Of a DNA stretch of 60,898 nt, positions 47,596 through 56,651 are shown piece after piece (position 1 is the first letter of the stretch; each line of letters begins with the position of its first letter). Source of the stretch: Lentisphaeria bacterium (GTDB taxonomy: Bacteria; Verrucomicrobiota; Lentisphaeria; Victivallales; JAADHT01); contig WFSE01000044.1 of the NCBI GenBank assembly GCA_015486135.1, positions 1 to 60,898 on the forward strand, given 5' to 3'. A program made the translations under genes and the position numbers. The notes beneath the pieces are model-generated. The model ran no database searches, was not told the DNA's origin, and saw nothing but the letters and a program-made list of their open reading frames with translations.

Positions 47596-47749
47596 TGAGT
47601 ATCAGACAACGTGCGGAACAGACCCCCAGGCATCGCAACCCCATACTCCCAAGACGTTAGAGATAGCACCATGAAAACAGGATTAACCCAATAATAACAA
47701 GGCACTTGCCAATTATGTGGCGGCGCTTCAAATCATGCGAACGTGTGTC
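47596..47749. repeat. repeat cluster: family D (47596-47627), family-A half (47646-47720), family C core (47726-47749)
   Basis: CTGAGTATCAGACAACGTGCGGAACAGACCCCC; CTCCCAAGACGTTAGAGATAGCACC...TTAACCCAATAATAACAAGGCACTTGCCAATTATG; CTTCAAATCATGCGAACGTGTGTC. Confidence 0.7.
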
Positions 47750-47855
47750 TTGGGTTTGACACCATTGGAAACTTCCCCTACCGTCTCCACGAGCGAACGC
47801 GAAGGGCGCCAGCGCTTGACGAAACGGCGCGGAAAACGACTAGGAAGCGATCCCG

Positions 47856-49163
47856 ATGGGAAAACGAAAGCTTGATGATATTGAAACCAAAAAGGCGATG
47901 CGAAGCTCCATCGCCTACACGTGTTTGGCTGTTCATGGCATGCTCGCATTTGGCAATGGAGTACTCCTTTTGTATATGCGTCATATTGGTGTTCCCGAGG
48001 CTAGGCTCATTGCTTACCTTACCATTCCCATTGTGGCGTTGGCGGTGTTCCGTACCCCGGCGGCAATTATAGCCGATCGATTTGGCAAAAAACGCATTGG
48101 AACGATTGGCGTGTTTGTGGGCGCCGCGGGATTCGCGGCTATATCCGCGGCGTCCCTCGCCGACGAGGGAGGTGCCGAACTGGCGACGCTGGCGGGGATT
48201 CTCTTGTTTTCCGCGGGGATGGTGTTGACAGGGGCCGGCTGGTTCGCACTCCTTGAACCTATTGTCCCGAAAAACATTCGGGGACGGTTTTTCGGGAACA
48301 TCCGTATCTCATGGCAGCTTGCCGGTGTTGCGTTTTCAGCTTTCTCCGCATGGATCCTCCACAGATTTCATGGCGAAGCCGGTTTTCAAGCCATCTTTCT
48401 GGCGATCGCCGTCCTCTTGGTGGTGCGCTGGATATTCTACGCTAAAATCCCGGAAGTGGAGCGGTCCTCCCGCAACCCCGCGGCGGGGGGATTCCGCAAG
48501 CTCTTCTCGTCTATTATGAAAGCCCCTGGAGTAACCCCATTTTGCGCTTATGTTTTCCTCTTAATGCTCTCCGCCGCCTATTGCGGGCGGATATTCTCCC
48601 TGATGGAGAAAGAGTTCCTCGGGTTCTCGAATGGGCGGGTAGTATGGCTAGCCAACCTCACAATGATTGGAAATCTAGCGGGGTTTCATTTTGGGGGAAA
48701 GGCGGTGGACAAATTCGGAACCAGACCGGTTTTGGTGGCGTGCCAGCTCTTTTTCCCCATAGTGGTCCTTGTTTACATCTCCAGGGCCTTCGGGGCAGGC
48801 CATCTCTCCATTTCCCTTTGGACGGCGCATATCCTTCTAGGAATTGTTATGGCCGCCGGTTCAATAGCGATAACAACGGAAATGTTGTCTCTTACTCCCA
48901 AGCGCCACAAGTCCACCGCCACGTCCATTATGATTTCTTTCCAAATGGCGGGAGGAGCCTTCGCGGGAATGGCGTGCGCTGGTATTGTCAAGCTGGAAGC
49001 CCTTAAATCACATTGGGATCTATTGGGAATGACGATGAATTATTACGATACCATACTTATTGCCTCCGCTACCATGATGTTGGCGCTTATCGCACTTATT
49101 GGCCTTGTGCCGTCCCTCTTGGGTCCTCCGGCGTGGATCCCGGGCGAGGAAATCGGGAAATGA
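47856..49163 (+). CDS. MFS transporter
   Basis: About 12 predicted TM helices and a DRFGKKR loop motif between TM2 and TM3. Confidence 0.7.
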   Translation: MGKRKLDDIETKKAMRSSIAYTCLAVHGMLAFGNGVLLLYMRHIGVPEARLIAYLTIPIVALAVFRTPAAIIADRFGKKRIGTIGVFVGAAGFAAISAASLADEGGAELATLAGILLFSAGMVLTGAGWFALLEPIVPKNIRGRFFGNIRISWQLAGVAFSAFSAWILHRFHGEAGFQAIFLAIAVLLVVRWIFYAKIPEVERSSRNPAAGGFRKLFSSIMKAPGVTPFCAYVFLLMLSAAYCGRIFSLMEKEFLGFSNGRVVWLANLTMIGNLAGFHFGGKAVDKFGTRPVLVACQLFFPIVVLVYISRAFGAGHLSISLWTAHILLGIVMAAGSIAITTEMLSLTPKRHKSTATSIMISFQMAGGAFAGMACAGIVKLEALKSHWDLLGMTMNYYDTILIASATMMLALIALIGLVPSLLGPPAWIPGEEIGK

Positions 49164-50002
49164 AGGCGGGAATTCAAGATAGTGCGTGGGAAAGACTCGC
49201 CGGATACGGAAACCGGAAAATCCGTCGTGTCGACGGCCTCTCCGCGAGCGTCCCGCAACTCGTTGAATACAGTATGGAACTCCCCGGGAATACAAAGCGC
49301 CCTGACGGAACGACGATTCTCTTTTTTTCCGACCTGCACTGGAGCGACAACCCCGATGTCCTGGAGGGTTTTCTCCAACTTGTGGAGACGGCTAAACCCG
49401 ATTGGATTGTTTTCGGTGGCGATTTGACCACATACGCTTGTCATCTGGATGGGGCGTTTCAATGGTTGAATTCCGTGTTCGACCACTTTCCCGATATTCC
49501 AAAGCTGGCTGTGCCAGGGAATTGGGACCGCAGACGGAAAAAATGGATCCCCGCTTCGTTTTGGAGGCAACGCTACGCTCAAGCTGGATTCGAATTCCTA
49601 GTTAACAGGAGCTTGGAAGTCAAAGGCGTGCTCTTCCACGGTCTCGATGAGATGCGAGGTGGACACCCATTTGCCGCACCCAACGCAGCCGCGCACGAGG
49701 CACTGAACTGCTGGATCTCACACAGCGTCGACTATGTCGTGGAACGTCTCGCTAATCCTACCCCTCCCGGCGCTAACTTGGCGTTGTGCGGACACTCCCA
49801 TGGCGGTCAGATAAGACTCCCTCTCTTCGGAGCCTTGACCACATCCACGAAATATTGGAAAAAATTCGAATATGGACACTACCGTCTGCGAAAAGGTCGG
49901 CTCGACATGATAGTCACTTCCGGTCTCGGGAAATCAAGATTACCCATCCGCATGCTTTGCCCCCCCGAAATCGTCGTTGTGAGAATTGGGCTCTTCACCT
50001 AG
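49160..50002 (+). CDS. calcineurin-like metallophosphoesterase
   Basis: ILFFSDLHW, FGGDL, PGNWD and CGHSHGGQIRLP motifs. Start at the ATG at 49160, overlapping the MFS stop (ATGA). Confidence 0.75.
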   Translation: MKAGIQDSAWERLAGYGNRKIRRVDGLSASVPQLVEYSMELPGNTKRPDGTTILFFSDLHWSDNPDVLEGFLQLVETAKPDWIVFGGDLTTYACHLDGAFQWLNSVFDHFPDIPKLAVPGNWDRRRKKWIPASFWRQRYAQAGFEFLVNRSLEVKGVLFHGLDEMRGGHPFAAPNAAAHEALNCWISHSVDYVVERLANPTPPGANLALCGHSHGGQIRLPLFGALTTSTKYWKKFEYGHYRLRKGRLDMIVTSGLGKSRLPIRMLCPPEIVVVRIGLFT

Positions 50003-50357
50003 GGCCTACTGAAAAAGTCGAGAACGGGTTAGTGGCTAGGCAATGAGCCACTCTTTCCGTTCGCTTTGCGAACCCTTAGGGCTTTGCGGAAGGACGCTTC
50101 GCGCTTGATGGACTAGGTGTCCCAGCGTAGCGCTGGACACCTTTAAATCACACGAACGTGTGTCACGGAATTGGCAAGTACCTCAAATTGAGTAGAAAGC
50201 ATTCGTCGACTCCAAGGCCTTTGGGAGTCTGCGACCAAGCGGAGCGAGGGGAGCCTTCAAAACGCACGAGTGTGTGCTCCCAAAACCTTGGAGATGACAC
50301 CGTTAAAGGAATTTTAACCTATGACAATAAGGCATTTATCAATTATTCAGTAGACCC
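50003..50357. repeat. composite repeat array: family B (50003-50049), hairpin plus family C (50115-50168), full family-A element with ~45-nt central insertion (50164-50357)
   Basis: GGGCCTACTGAAAAAGTCGAGAACGGGTTAGTGGCTAGGCAATGAGCC starts on the G of the TAG stop. GGTGTCCCAGCG-TAG-CGCTGGACACC is followed by TTTAAATCACACGAACGTGTGTCACGG, then AATTGGCAAGTACC...CTCCCAAAACCTTGGAGATGACACC...TTATCAATTATTCAGTAGACCC. Confidence 0.8.
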
Positions 50358-50402
50358 TCGCCTAGGTGTTTTGCTCTCTTCGTCGATGTCGCCTTGCTGG
50401 CT

Positions 50403-50681
50403 CTAAAGCTTGGACTCGATGGCATCGAGACGTTTTTTCAACTCGGCAATTACGACTTGTCCGCGTTCCGTCGATTGGCTGGCGAAAAAGTATCCTGCGC
50501 CAAAGACGATAAGGAAAAAACTAATCAAAACCTGAACCCCCACTAGCAATCTGGTCATTGGAGCCACTGGCACAAGGTCTCCGTAGCCTACCGTCGTGGA
50601 GGTCACCAAACTGGAATAGACGCAATCCTGGAAGCAGAGGGCCGCCTCCTTGAGAGTGCCTACCTTGTCGGTAAGATTCAC
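50403..50681 (-). CDS. K+ channel pore-loop plus inner-helix fragment (possible remnant of a 2TM channel gene)
   Basis: Perfect selectivity filter TTVGYGD preceded by a pore-helix-like CVYSSLVTS, followed by one TM helix (LLVGVQVLISFFLIVFGAGYFF). No outer (M1) helix lies inside the ORF. GTG start only 3 nt after AAGGAG. Confidence 0.5.
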   Translation of the reverse strand: MNLTDKVGTLKEAALCFQDCVYSSLVTSTTVGYGDLVPVAPMTRLLVGVQVLISFFLIVFGAGYFFASQSTERGQVVIAELKKRLDAIESKL

Positions 50682-50922
50682 TCACTCCTTGCAAATTTAA
50701 ACTGGCAATACCGCTCCCGCATCCGCATGGCGCTCGGAACCTCCGAGAAGCCACACAATAGACAAGATGACAATGCGCTTTGCAAGTCGGGGGGGAAGGC
50801 TCTCGCAGAACCCGCGGGAAACTTGGGAAGCGCCATGAATGCGAGCGGATCACATCGCTAACTCCAAGGATGTTCCGCCAGACTCCGGGGAAATTCTCAA
50901 CTTGACACCGCTCAAAACAGAC

Positions 50923-50967
50923 TTAACCTAATGGGGACAAAACTCTTGGCAATTATTCAACGAGTCC
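50923..50967. repeat. solo terminus of family-A element (A11)
   Basis: TTAACCTAATGGGGACAAAACTCTTGGCAATTATTCAACGAGTCC. Confidence 0.6.
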
Positions 50968-51025
50968 TGCCCGATGAACATGAAGCATTTGGCGATCGTT
51001 CAGAAAATCACAGAGCGGTAAAGCT

Positions 51026-52426
51026 ATGGGCGAAACGCGACAATACAACATGGGGTTCGTGTGGCGAATATGCCTCGTGGCTGCTTTGGGCGGACTCCTT
51101 TTCGGTTATGACTGGGTGGTAATAGGTGGCGCGAAGCCGTTTTTTACCAAATTTTTCCATTTGGATACTCCCGGGAACGAGTGGAGGCAAGGCTGGGCGA
51201 TGAGTAGCGCCCTCGCGGGTTGCGTCGCCGGCTCTATCCTTTCGGGAGTGGCTAGCGACAAATTCGGGCGCAAGCGGCTTCTTATCCTCTCCGGGCTACT
51301 TTTTACGGCGTCCGCCATCTGGACGGGACTGGCCAACTCGTACAATTCCTTCATCTGGGCGAGAATCATTGGTGGCGTGGGAATTGGATTGGCATCGAAC
51401 CTCTCCCCCATGTATATCGCCGAAGTCAGCCCCGCTGACACAAGGGGCAAATTCGTGTCAATAAATCAGCTGACAATCGTCATAGGCGTTGTGCTGGCAC
51501 AAGTGGTGAACTGGGCCATCGCATCGGGAATGTCCGGAAAAATAACGGACCAGGAGCTTATCAACTCCTGGTACGGACAGTACGGCTGGCGGTGGATGTT
51601 CGCGGCGGAAACCGTGCCCGCGGCCATGTTTTTCTTCCTAATGTTCGCTATCCCCGAAAGCCCGCGGTGGCTTGTGAGAAACGGTAAAACCAAGGACGCC
51701 AGAAATATTCTGAAAAGCGTGGGTGGCGACGACTATGCGGATTTCGAGATAGAAGACATTCAAAAGACGATTGACAACGACAATGGCAAAGTCGATTTCA
51801 AGGAGTTGCTCAATCCGAAAATGATCAAAGTGGTGCTCATCGGTGTCGTGCTAGCCGCGTTACAGCAATGGTGTGGCGTGAACGTCCTCTTCTATTACGC
51901 CGAGGATGTCTTCAAGGCCGCCGGATACAATATAAGCGGCATAATGCTTACGATCGTTACCACGGGGCTCGTGATGCTTCTTTTCACTTTCGTGGCGATC
52001 TTCACGGTGGACTGGATCGGCCGGAAAACTCTGATGCTGACGGGAGCGCTCGGGTTGACTATTTGCCATTCCGCTATAAGCGCGTCCTTCCACTACCACC
52101 TGCAGGGCCTGCCAGTACTGGCCCTGGTCCTGGCGGCGATCGCCTGCTACTCTTTCTCGCTGGCGCCAGTGACGTGGGTGCTCCTCTCCGAGCTTTTCCC
52201 AAACAGAATTCGGGGGGCGGCGATGTCCATATCGGTTTTCGTCCTTTGGGTGACATGCTGGGCCCTGGCTCAATGGTTTCCGAGTATGAGGGAGCAACTT
52301 GGGGCCGCGGGAAGTTTCGGAGTGTTCGCCGGTATTTGCTTGGCTGGCACTCTTTTCGTGCTATTCGTAGTGCCTGAGACCAAAGGCAAGTCTCTGGAAG
52401 AAATAGAACGGGAGTTGGTGGACTGA
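51026..52426 (+). CDS. MFS sugar porter (XylE/GalP-like sugar:H+ symporter)
   Basis: GGLLFGYD, GRKRLLILSGLLF, PESPRWL and PETKGKSLEEIE signatures. Confidence 0.9.
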   Translation: MGETRQYNMGFVWRICLVAALGGLLFGYDWVVIGGAKPFFTKFFHLDTPGNEWRQGWAMSSALAGCVAGSILSGVASDKFGRKRLLILSGLLFTASAIWTGLANSYNSFIWARIIGGVGIGLASNLSPMYIAEVSPADTRGKFVSINQLTIVIGVVLAQVVNWAIASGMSGKITDQELINSWYGQYGWRWMFAAETVPAAMFFFLMFAIPESPRWLVRNGKTKDARNILKSVGGDDYADFEIEDIQKTIDNDNGKVDFKELLNPKMIKVVLIGVVLAALQQWCGVNVLFYYAEDVFKAAGYNISGIMLTIVTTGLVMLLFTFVAIFTVDWIGRKTLMLTGALGLTICHSAISASFHYHLQGLPVLALVLAAIACYSFSLAPVTWVLLSELFPNRIRGAAMSISVFVLWVTCWALAQWFPSMREQLGAAGSFGVFAGICLAGTLFVLFVVPETKGKSLEEIERELVD

Positions 52427-52472
52427 GCAAAGGTCGCGCGACAACCCCGCAGAAACTGGGAGAATAGGGAAA

Positions 52473-53732
52473 ATGACATCAAAAGAGCGTATCGAGACGA
52501 CGTTGGCGCACAAGGAGCCGGACAAGCTGGCGATGGACTTTGGCGCGGGGTTCCAAACGGGCATCGCAGTGAGCATGGTATACAAGCTCCGACAGGAATT
52601 GGGGCTGGACGCCCCGGGTACCCCTGTAAAGGTCATCGAGCCATATCAAATGCTCGGAGAGGTTAAAGAGGACTTGCGGGAGGCGTTGGGCCTCGACTGC
52701 GCCATGGTCGCGGGGACGGGAACAATTTTCGGATTCCCCAACAAGGATTGGAAGGAATGGACGACTCCGGACGGGACGCCGGTGCTGGTGGCGGGACTCT
52801 TCAACACCGACCCGGAACCGAATGGCGACATCCTGCAGTACCCCGAGGGCGACAAATCGGTGGGGCCGTGCGCCAACATGCCGGATGGAGGGTTTTTCTT
52901 CGATGCGATTATACGCCAGGATCCCATAGAGGAAGACAAGCTTGATCCAAAGGATAATTTGGAGGAGTTCTCCATCATCTCCGACGAGGAGCTGGAACAT
53001 TACAAACAACGCGTGGATGAACTGGAATCCTCAACGGAGCGAGCCCTGTTCTGCACCATGGGAGGGTTGTCGTACGGGGATATCGCCCTCGTCCCGGCAA
53101 CGTGGCTCAAACACCCAAAAGGCATCCGGGATGTCGAGGAATGGTACATATCCACCGCGCTGAGGCCGGATTACATCAAGGCCGTATTCGAGGGACAATG
53201 CGAAATCGCTCTGGAAAGCCTGAAACGGCTCCACGAGACCATAGGAGACCGGATTACGATAATACAAACCAACGGTACCGACTTCGGCACTCAGAACGGG
53301 CCGTTCCTAGGGCCGGACCAATACAGGGACTTGTACCTGCCCTATCAAAAACGACTCCACGACTGGATACATGAAAACACCAATTGGAAGACTTTCATGC
53401 ACTGCTGCGGAGGAATATGGCCGTTGCTGGACTGTATTGTCGAAGCTGGATTTGATATCCTGAACCCGGTCCAATGCTCCGCTACGGGCATGGAGCCGGA
53501 AAAACTGAAAAAAGAATACGGCGACAAACTCGTGTTCTGGGGCGGGGGCGTGGACACTCAGAAAACGCTTCCATTCGGGACGCCCGAGGAGGTGCGGGAA
53601 GAGGTCAAACAACGAATAGAGGTCTTCGCGGAGGGCGGAGGATTTGTATTCTGCTCTATTCACAACGTCGTCGCCAACGTGCCAATAGAAAACCTCATGG
53701 CTATGTTCGAGACAGTCAAAAAATATAGGTAG
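52473..53732 (+). CDS. uroporphyrinogen decarboxylase (URO-D) family protein, non-HemE type
   Basis: The overall pattern (N-terminal KERIETTLAHKEPDK; C-terminal MHCCGGIWPLLD.IVEAGFDILNPVQ; GGFVF.SIHNV) resembles URO-D/MtaA-like enzymes common in carbohydrate loci. Confidence 0.7.
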   Translation: MTSKERIETTLAHKEPDKLAMDFGAGFQTGIAVSMVYKLRQELGLDAPGTPVKVIEPYQMLGEVKEDLREALGLDCAMVAGTGTIFGFPNKDWKEWTTPDGTPVLVAGLFNTDPEPNGDILQYPEGDKSVGPCANMPDGGFFFDAIIRQDPIEEDKLDPKDNLEEFSIISDEELEHYKQRVDELESSTERALFCTMGGLSYGDIALVPATWLKHPKGIRDVEEWYISTALRPDYIKAVFEGQCEIALESLKRLHETIGDRITIIQTNGTDFGTQNGPFLGPDQYRDLYLPYQKRLHDWIHENTNWKTFMHCCGGIWPLLDCIVEAGFDILNPVQCSATGMEPEKLKKEYGDKLVFWGGGVDTQKTLPFGTPEEVREEVKQRIEVFAEGGGFVFCSIHNVVANVPIENLMAMFETVKKYR

Positions 53733-53800
53733 GGCCTACTGAAAAAGCTGGAACGGTGCCAGTCGCGCGGAAAGGGCGGAGTACGGAACGGGCCCAGGAC
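53733..53800. repeat. family B/E-type repeat starting on the TAG stop of the URO-D gene
   Basis: The G of the TAG is followed by GGCCTACTGAAAAAGCTGGAACGGTGCCAGTCGCGCGGAAAGGGCGGAGTACGGAACGGGCCC. Confidence 0.7.
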
Positions 53801-53950
53801 ACACTCATCGCGCATGGGGAGCCCAGGAATTGCATTCACGTGTCCAGAGCGGGCTGGTGGCATCGCTAGCCACGTTTTTGCGACAAGGGATATCGAGCCA
53901 TTTGGACGCGGCCTTGGCGATCCAGGGGAGCCGATTCGGAAAATCCTTCC

Positions 53951-53979
53951 TTGCATATACTCGTTCCGCGTATTATGGT
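53951..53979 (+). promoter_or_regulatory. promoter candidate TTGCAT-17-TATGGT placing the TSS at or next to the ATG at 53986 (leaderless?)
   Basis: Hexamers at 53951-53956 and 53974-53979. No SD-like sequence precedes the ATG at 53986. Confidence 0.3.
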
Positions 53980-53985
53980 GTCGCC

Positions 53986-54750
53986 ATGGAGGAGCCCGAA
54001 AACATAACGACCGAGGAGGGGCTCGATCCCCAAGTGGAATCAGCCCCGAAGCCGAAGCGCGGAAAAGGATGCCTTTGGGGGTGTTTGGGGTGTGCTGGCC
54101 TGTTTGCCTTGTTGCTCGCGGGCTTGATAGGACTGTTTATTTGGGGACTTTCCTCCATCTTCGATGAAAAACCGTTTGACCCGGTCGTCCGTGTTCCAGA
54201 CCAAAAAGCGCTGTCGACGGCTCTTGACAAACTGGAATGCTCTTCGGCGGAGCTGGTCTCGGGAACCTCGACCTCCTCTTTGTCGACTATTCATTTTAAT
54301 CCCGAAGAAACAAACGCTCTGCTGGCATCGTTGGTCACCATGAGCCAAGGGAAAGAATGGAGCATGGACACTGGCGCGGTGAAACTCGCGGACGCACAAT
54401 TCGAACAGGGAGCCTTAACGGCGAAAATATCGATAAACACCAAGGAATACGTTGGATTCGGCGGCTGGATAAATATTCAGACCAAGGTGATTCCCAAAAT
54501 TAAGGACCATCATATGACGCTCGTCGTCAAAAAACTCGTCTTGGGATCACTGAACTGCCCCCCAAGTTACATGGAATCTACGCTGGATGACGAAATATCG
54601 AGCTTTGAGAACTCGAAAAGCGGCCAGGACCTGCTGAACGTGGTGCAAAAGCTCGAAGTGAACGATGAAGGTGTCCACATTACCTTTGACTCGCAGGCGT
54701 TGCTGCAGTATATGATGAGCGGTATTTTCAGCCAGGGCATTGGTATCTGA
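53986..54750 (+). CDS. hypothetical N-terminally anchored membrane protein
   Basis: Acidic N-terminus, one Cys/Gly-rich TM helix (CLWGCLGCAGLFALLLAGLIGLFIWGL) and a ~190-aa soluble domain. No motif recognised. Confidence 0.5.
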   Translation: MEEPENITTEEGLDPQVESAPKPKRGKGCLWGCLGCAGLFALLLAGLIGLFIWGLSSIFDEKPFDPVVRVPDQKALSTALDKLECSSAELVSGTSTSSLSTIHFNPEETNALLASLVTMSQGKEWSMDTGAVKLADAQFEQGALTAKISINTKEYVGFGGWINIQTKVIPKIKDHHMTLVVKKLVLGSLNCPPSYMESTLDDEISSFENSKSGQDLLNVVQKLEVNDEGVHITFDSQALLQYMMSGIFSQGIGI

Positions 54751-54794
54751 TTGTGGTGTATAATAGAAGAAACGGAAAAATAGCTCAATACCTC

Positions 54795-54822
54795 TTGACC
54801 TTTTAGGAAGGGATGTTATATT
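54795..54822 (+). promoter_or_regulatory. sigma70-like promoter candidate TTGACC-16-TATATT
   Basis: Hexamers at 54795-54800 and 54817-54822, about 65 nt upstream of the ATG at 54889. Confidence 0.4.
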
Positions 54823-54888
54823 TGGCTTTCGCTGGTGGTCGAGGCTCTAGCGAAGGGGGTTTGGGCAAAGCGAAGGAGAGGAGAGATT

Positions 54889-55299
54889 ATGAGATTAAAA
54901 GCGGCGATTTTTTTGGCGGTTTTCGCGGTTGTGGCTTTTCTGGTTGTCCCGTCGGTGCAAGCGGAAGGGGATGGACCCATTCGAAAACTGGGAAGAGGCA
55001 TAGCCAATGTCGGATTTGGAGCACTTGAGATTCCCATCGTGGCATACGATGTCAATCAGGAACATGGTGGCATCGCCGCATGTACTTACGGGGTGCTCAA
55101 GGGCGTTGCTCTGTGCGTCGCTAGGGAAGTAGTAGGCATCGTTGAGATCGTAACGTTCCTAATCCCGCTTCCGGGCGCTACCGGCGACCCACACATCACT
55201 GGAGAATGGGGATATGGTCCGTTGCTGAAACCGGAATTTGTTGTGGACGAAGACCACGACATGTACAACATCGTCTATCAGGACTTGCCCGTGGAGTGA
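54889..55299 (+). CDS. small secreted protein resembling the exosortase-system-associated TIGR04073 family
   Basis: AAGGAGAGGAGAG RBS and a signal peptide. RKLGRGIANVGFGALEIP....GVLKGVALCVAREVVGIVEIVTFLIPLP....LLKPEFVV matches my recollection of that family signature. Confidence 0.55.
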   Translation: MRLKAAIFLAVFAVVAFLVVPSVQAEGDGPIRKLGRGIANVGFGALEIPIVAYDVNQEHGGIAACTYGVLKGVALCVAREVVGIVEIVTFLIPLPGATGDPHITGEWGYGPLLKPEFVVDEDHDMYNIVYQDLPVE

Positions 55300-55314
55300 A
55301 CTCGCAATGCGAAG

Positions 55315-55342
55315 GCCCTCCGCAAAGGAGGGCTTTTTTTTT
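55315..55342 (+). terminator. intrinsic terminator
   Basis: GCCCTCC-GCAAA-GGAGGGC followed by T9, 16 nt after the stop codon. Confidence 0.8.
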
Positions 55343-55416
55343 GCCTTCGCACGCAATCATAAGATTCACACAAGACAACTCACTGGAAAAACTTTACGCT
55401 TCCGAGGTGGCTATTC

Positions 55417-56388
55417 ATGGAGAAAAAGAAAAACGGCGGAAAAAATGTGACGGTGGTTGACTGCACCATCAGGGACGGCGGATTGATCAACAAATGGCAA
55501 TTCGACGATAAAATGGTGCGAGCCGTCTTCCAAGCGGTCAACGCTTCTGGCGTGGACTACATGGAGATCGGCTATAGAGCGTCCGAAAAAATGTTCCCTC
55601 CGCACGAATACGGCGCTTGGCGCTTTTCTAGAGACGCCAAAATAAACGAAATTATCGCTAGCGAGAACCTGAACATGAAATTGGGGGTCATGGTCGATAT
55701 CGGCAGGGTGGACGAAGAGGACATCCTTACAGCCGACGAATCACCTCTCTCTTTCATCCGAGTTGCAACTTACCTGAAAGACGTGAAAAAGGCGATCGCG
55801 CTCGCGAATATGGCCGCTGACAAGGGATACGAGGCGTTTATCAATATCATGGCCATTTCCACCGTCAACGATTTCGACTTGGCGGCTGGCTTGAAGGAAA
55901 TAGAGAAACACGCCCCGGTAACCGCCGTCACGGTCGTGGACAGCTATGGCGCGTTGAACTGCGACAGCTCCAAGCATCTCGTCGCGGTGTTCAAGGACAA
56001 CTTGGACTCCAAAAAAGTCGGGTTCCATGGACACAACAATCTCCAGTTGGGTTTCGCGAACACTATAGCCGCCATGGAGGCTGGAGCGTCGTTTTGCGAC
56101 GCCACTATAACCGGAATCGGCCGCGCCGCGGGAAATTGCCCGCTAGAACTCCTGTTAACATACCTCGACGACCCGCGGTTCGACATCGAGCCCATATTCC
56201 AGATCATGCAGGACGAGTTCGTGGAATTGCGGAAAAAAATAGAATGGGGTTACCTAATTCCCTACATGATAACTGGCATGCTGAACGAGCACCCGCGCGT
56301 CGCTATCGCCGTGCGAAACTCCGAAGAAAAAGACAATTACGCCGACTTCTACCGCAAGTTGACCACGCCGGAATGCTATTCCAATTGA
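55417..56388 (+). CDS. DRE-TIM metallolyase (HMGL-like aldolase/pyruvate carboxyltransferase-domain) protein
   Basis: VTVVDCTIRDGG....F......A....GVDYMEIGY, and later VGFHGHNNLQLGFANTIAA..AGA..CDATI.G.GRAAGN. Confidence 0.7.
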   Translation: MEKKKNGGKNVTVVDCTIRDGGLINKWQFDDKMVRAVFQAVNASGVDYMEIGYRASEKMFPPHEYGAWRFSRDAKINEIIASENLNMKLGVMVDIGRVDEEDILTADESPLSFIRVATYLKDVKKAIALANMAADKGYEAFINIMAISTVNDFDLAAGLKEIEKHAPVTAVTVVDSYGALNCDSSKHLVAVFKDNLDSKKVGFHGHNNLQLGFANTIAAMEAGASFCDATITGIGRAAGNCPLELLLTYLDDPRFDIEPIFQIMQDEFVELRKKIEWGYLIPYMITGMLNEHPRVAIAVRNSEEKDNYADFYRKLTTPECYSN

Positions 56389-56426
56389 TCCCAACATGTG
56401 CCGCAGGACCTTTCTGGATGCCAATG

Positions 56427-56632
56427 CAAGCTTGCGGAAAAAGTCGAAAACAGGTTAGTGGCTACGCTTTCGCCAAGGCTTCCGCTTCCGTATAAAGCCA
56501 CGGCGGGACATGCAGGCAATAATTTGCAGCATTTTGGACACGATGGCAGAGTGTCCCAGTCCTTCCGCGGAGCCCAGAGGAAGCGAAGCTCGGAAGGGAA
56601 GACACCTTAAATCATACGAACGTGTGTCGCGG
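56427..56632. repeat. composite repeat: family B (56427-56467) ... family C (56601-56632)
   Basis: CAAGCTTGCGGAAAAAGTCGAAAACAGGTTAGTGGCTACGC ... GACACCTTAAATCATACGAACGTGTGTCGCGG. Same order as the array at 50003-50168. Confidence 0.7.
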
Positions 56633-56651
56633 AATCAGCAAAAGCGGGAGT

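Noticed and set aside
50521-50853. 110-aa minus-strand ORF upstream of and overlapping the K+ channel fragment
   Set aside because: It is in a different frame from the pore ORF, has Arg/Ser/Gly-rich composition and has no TM segment.
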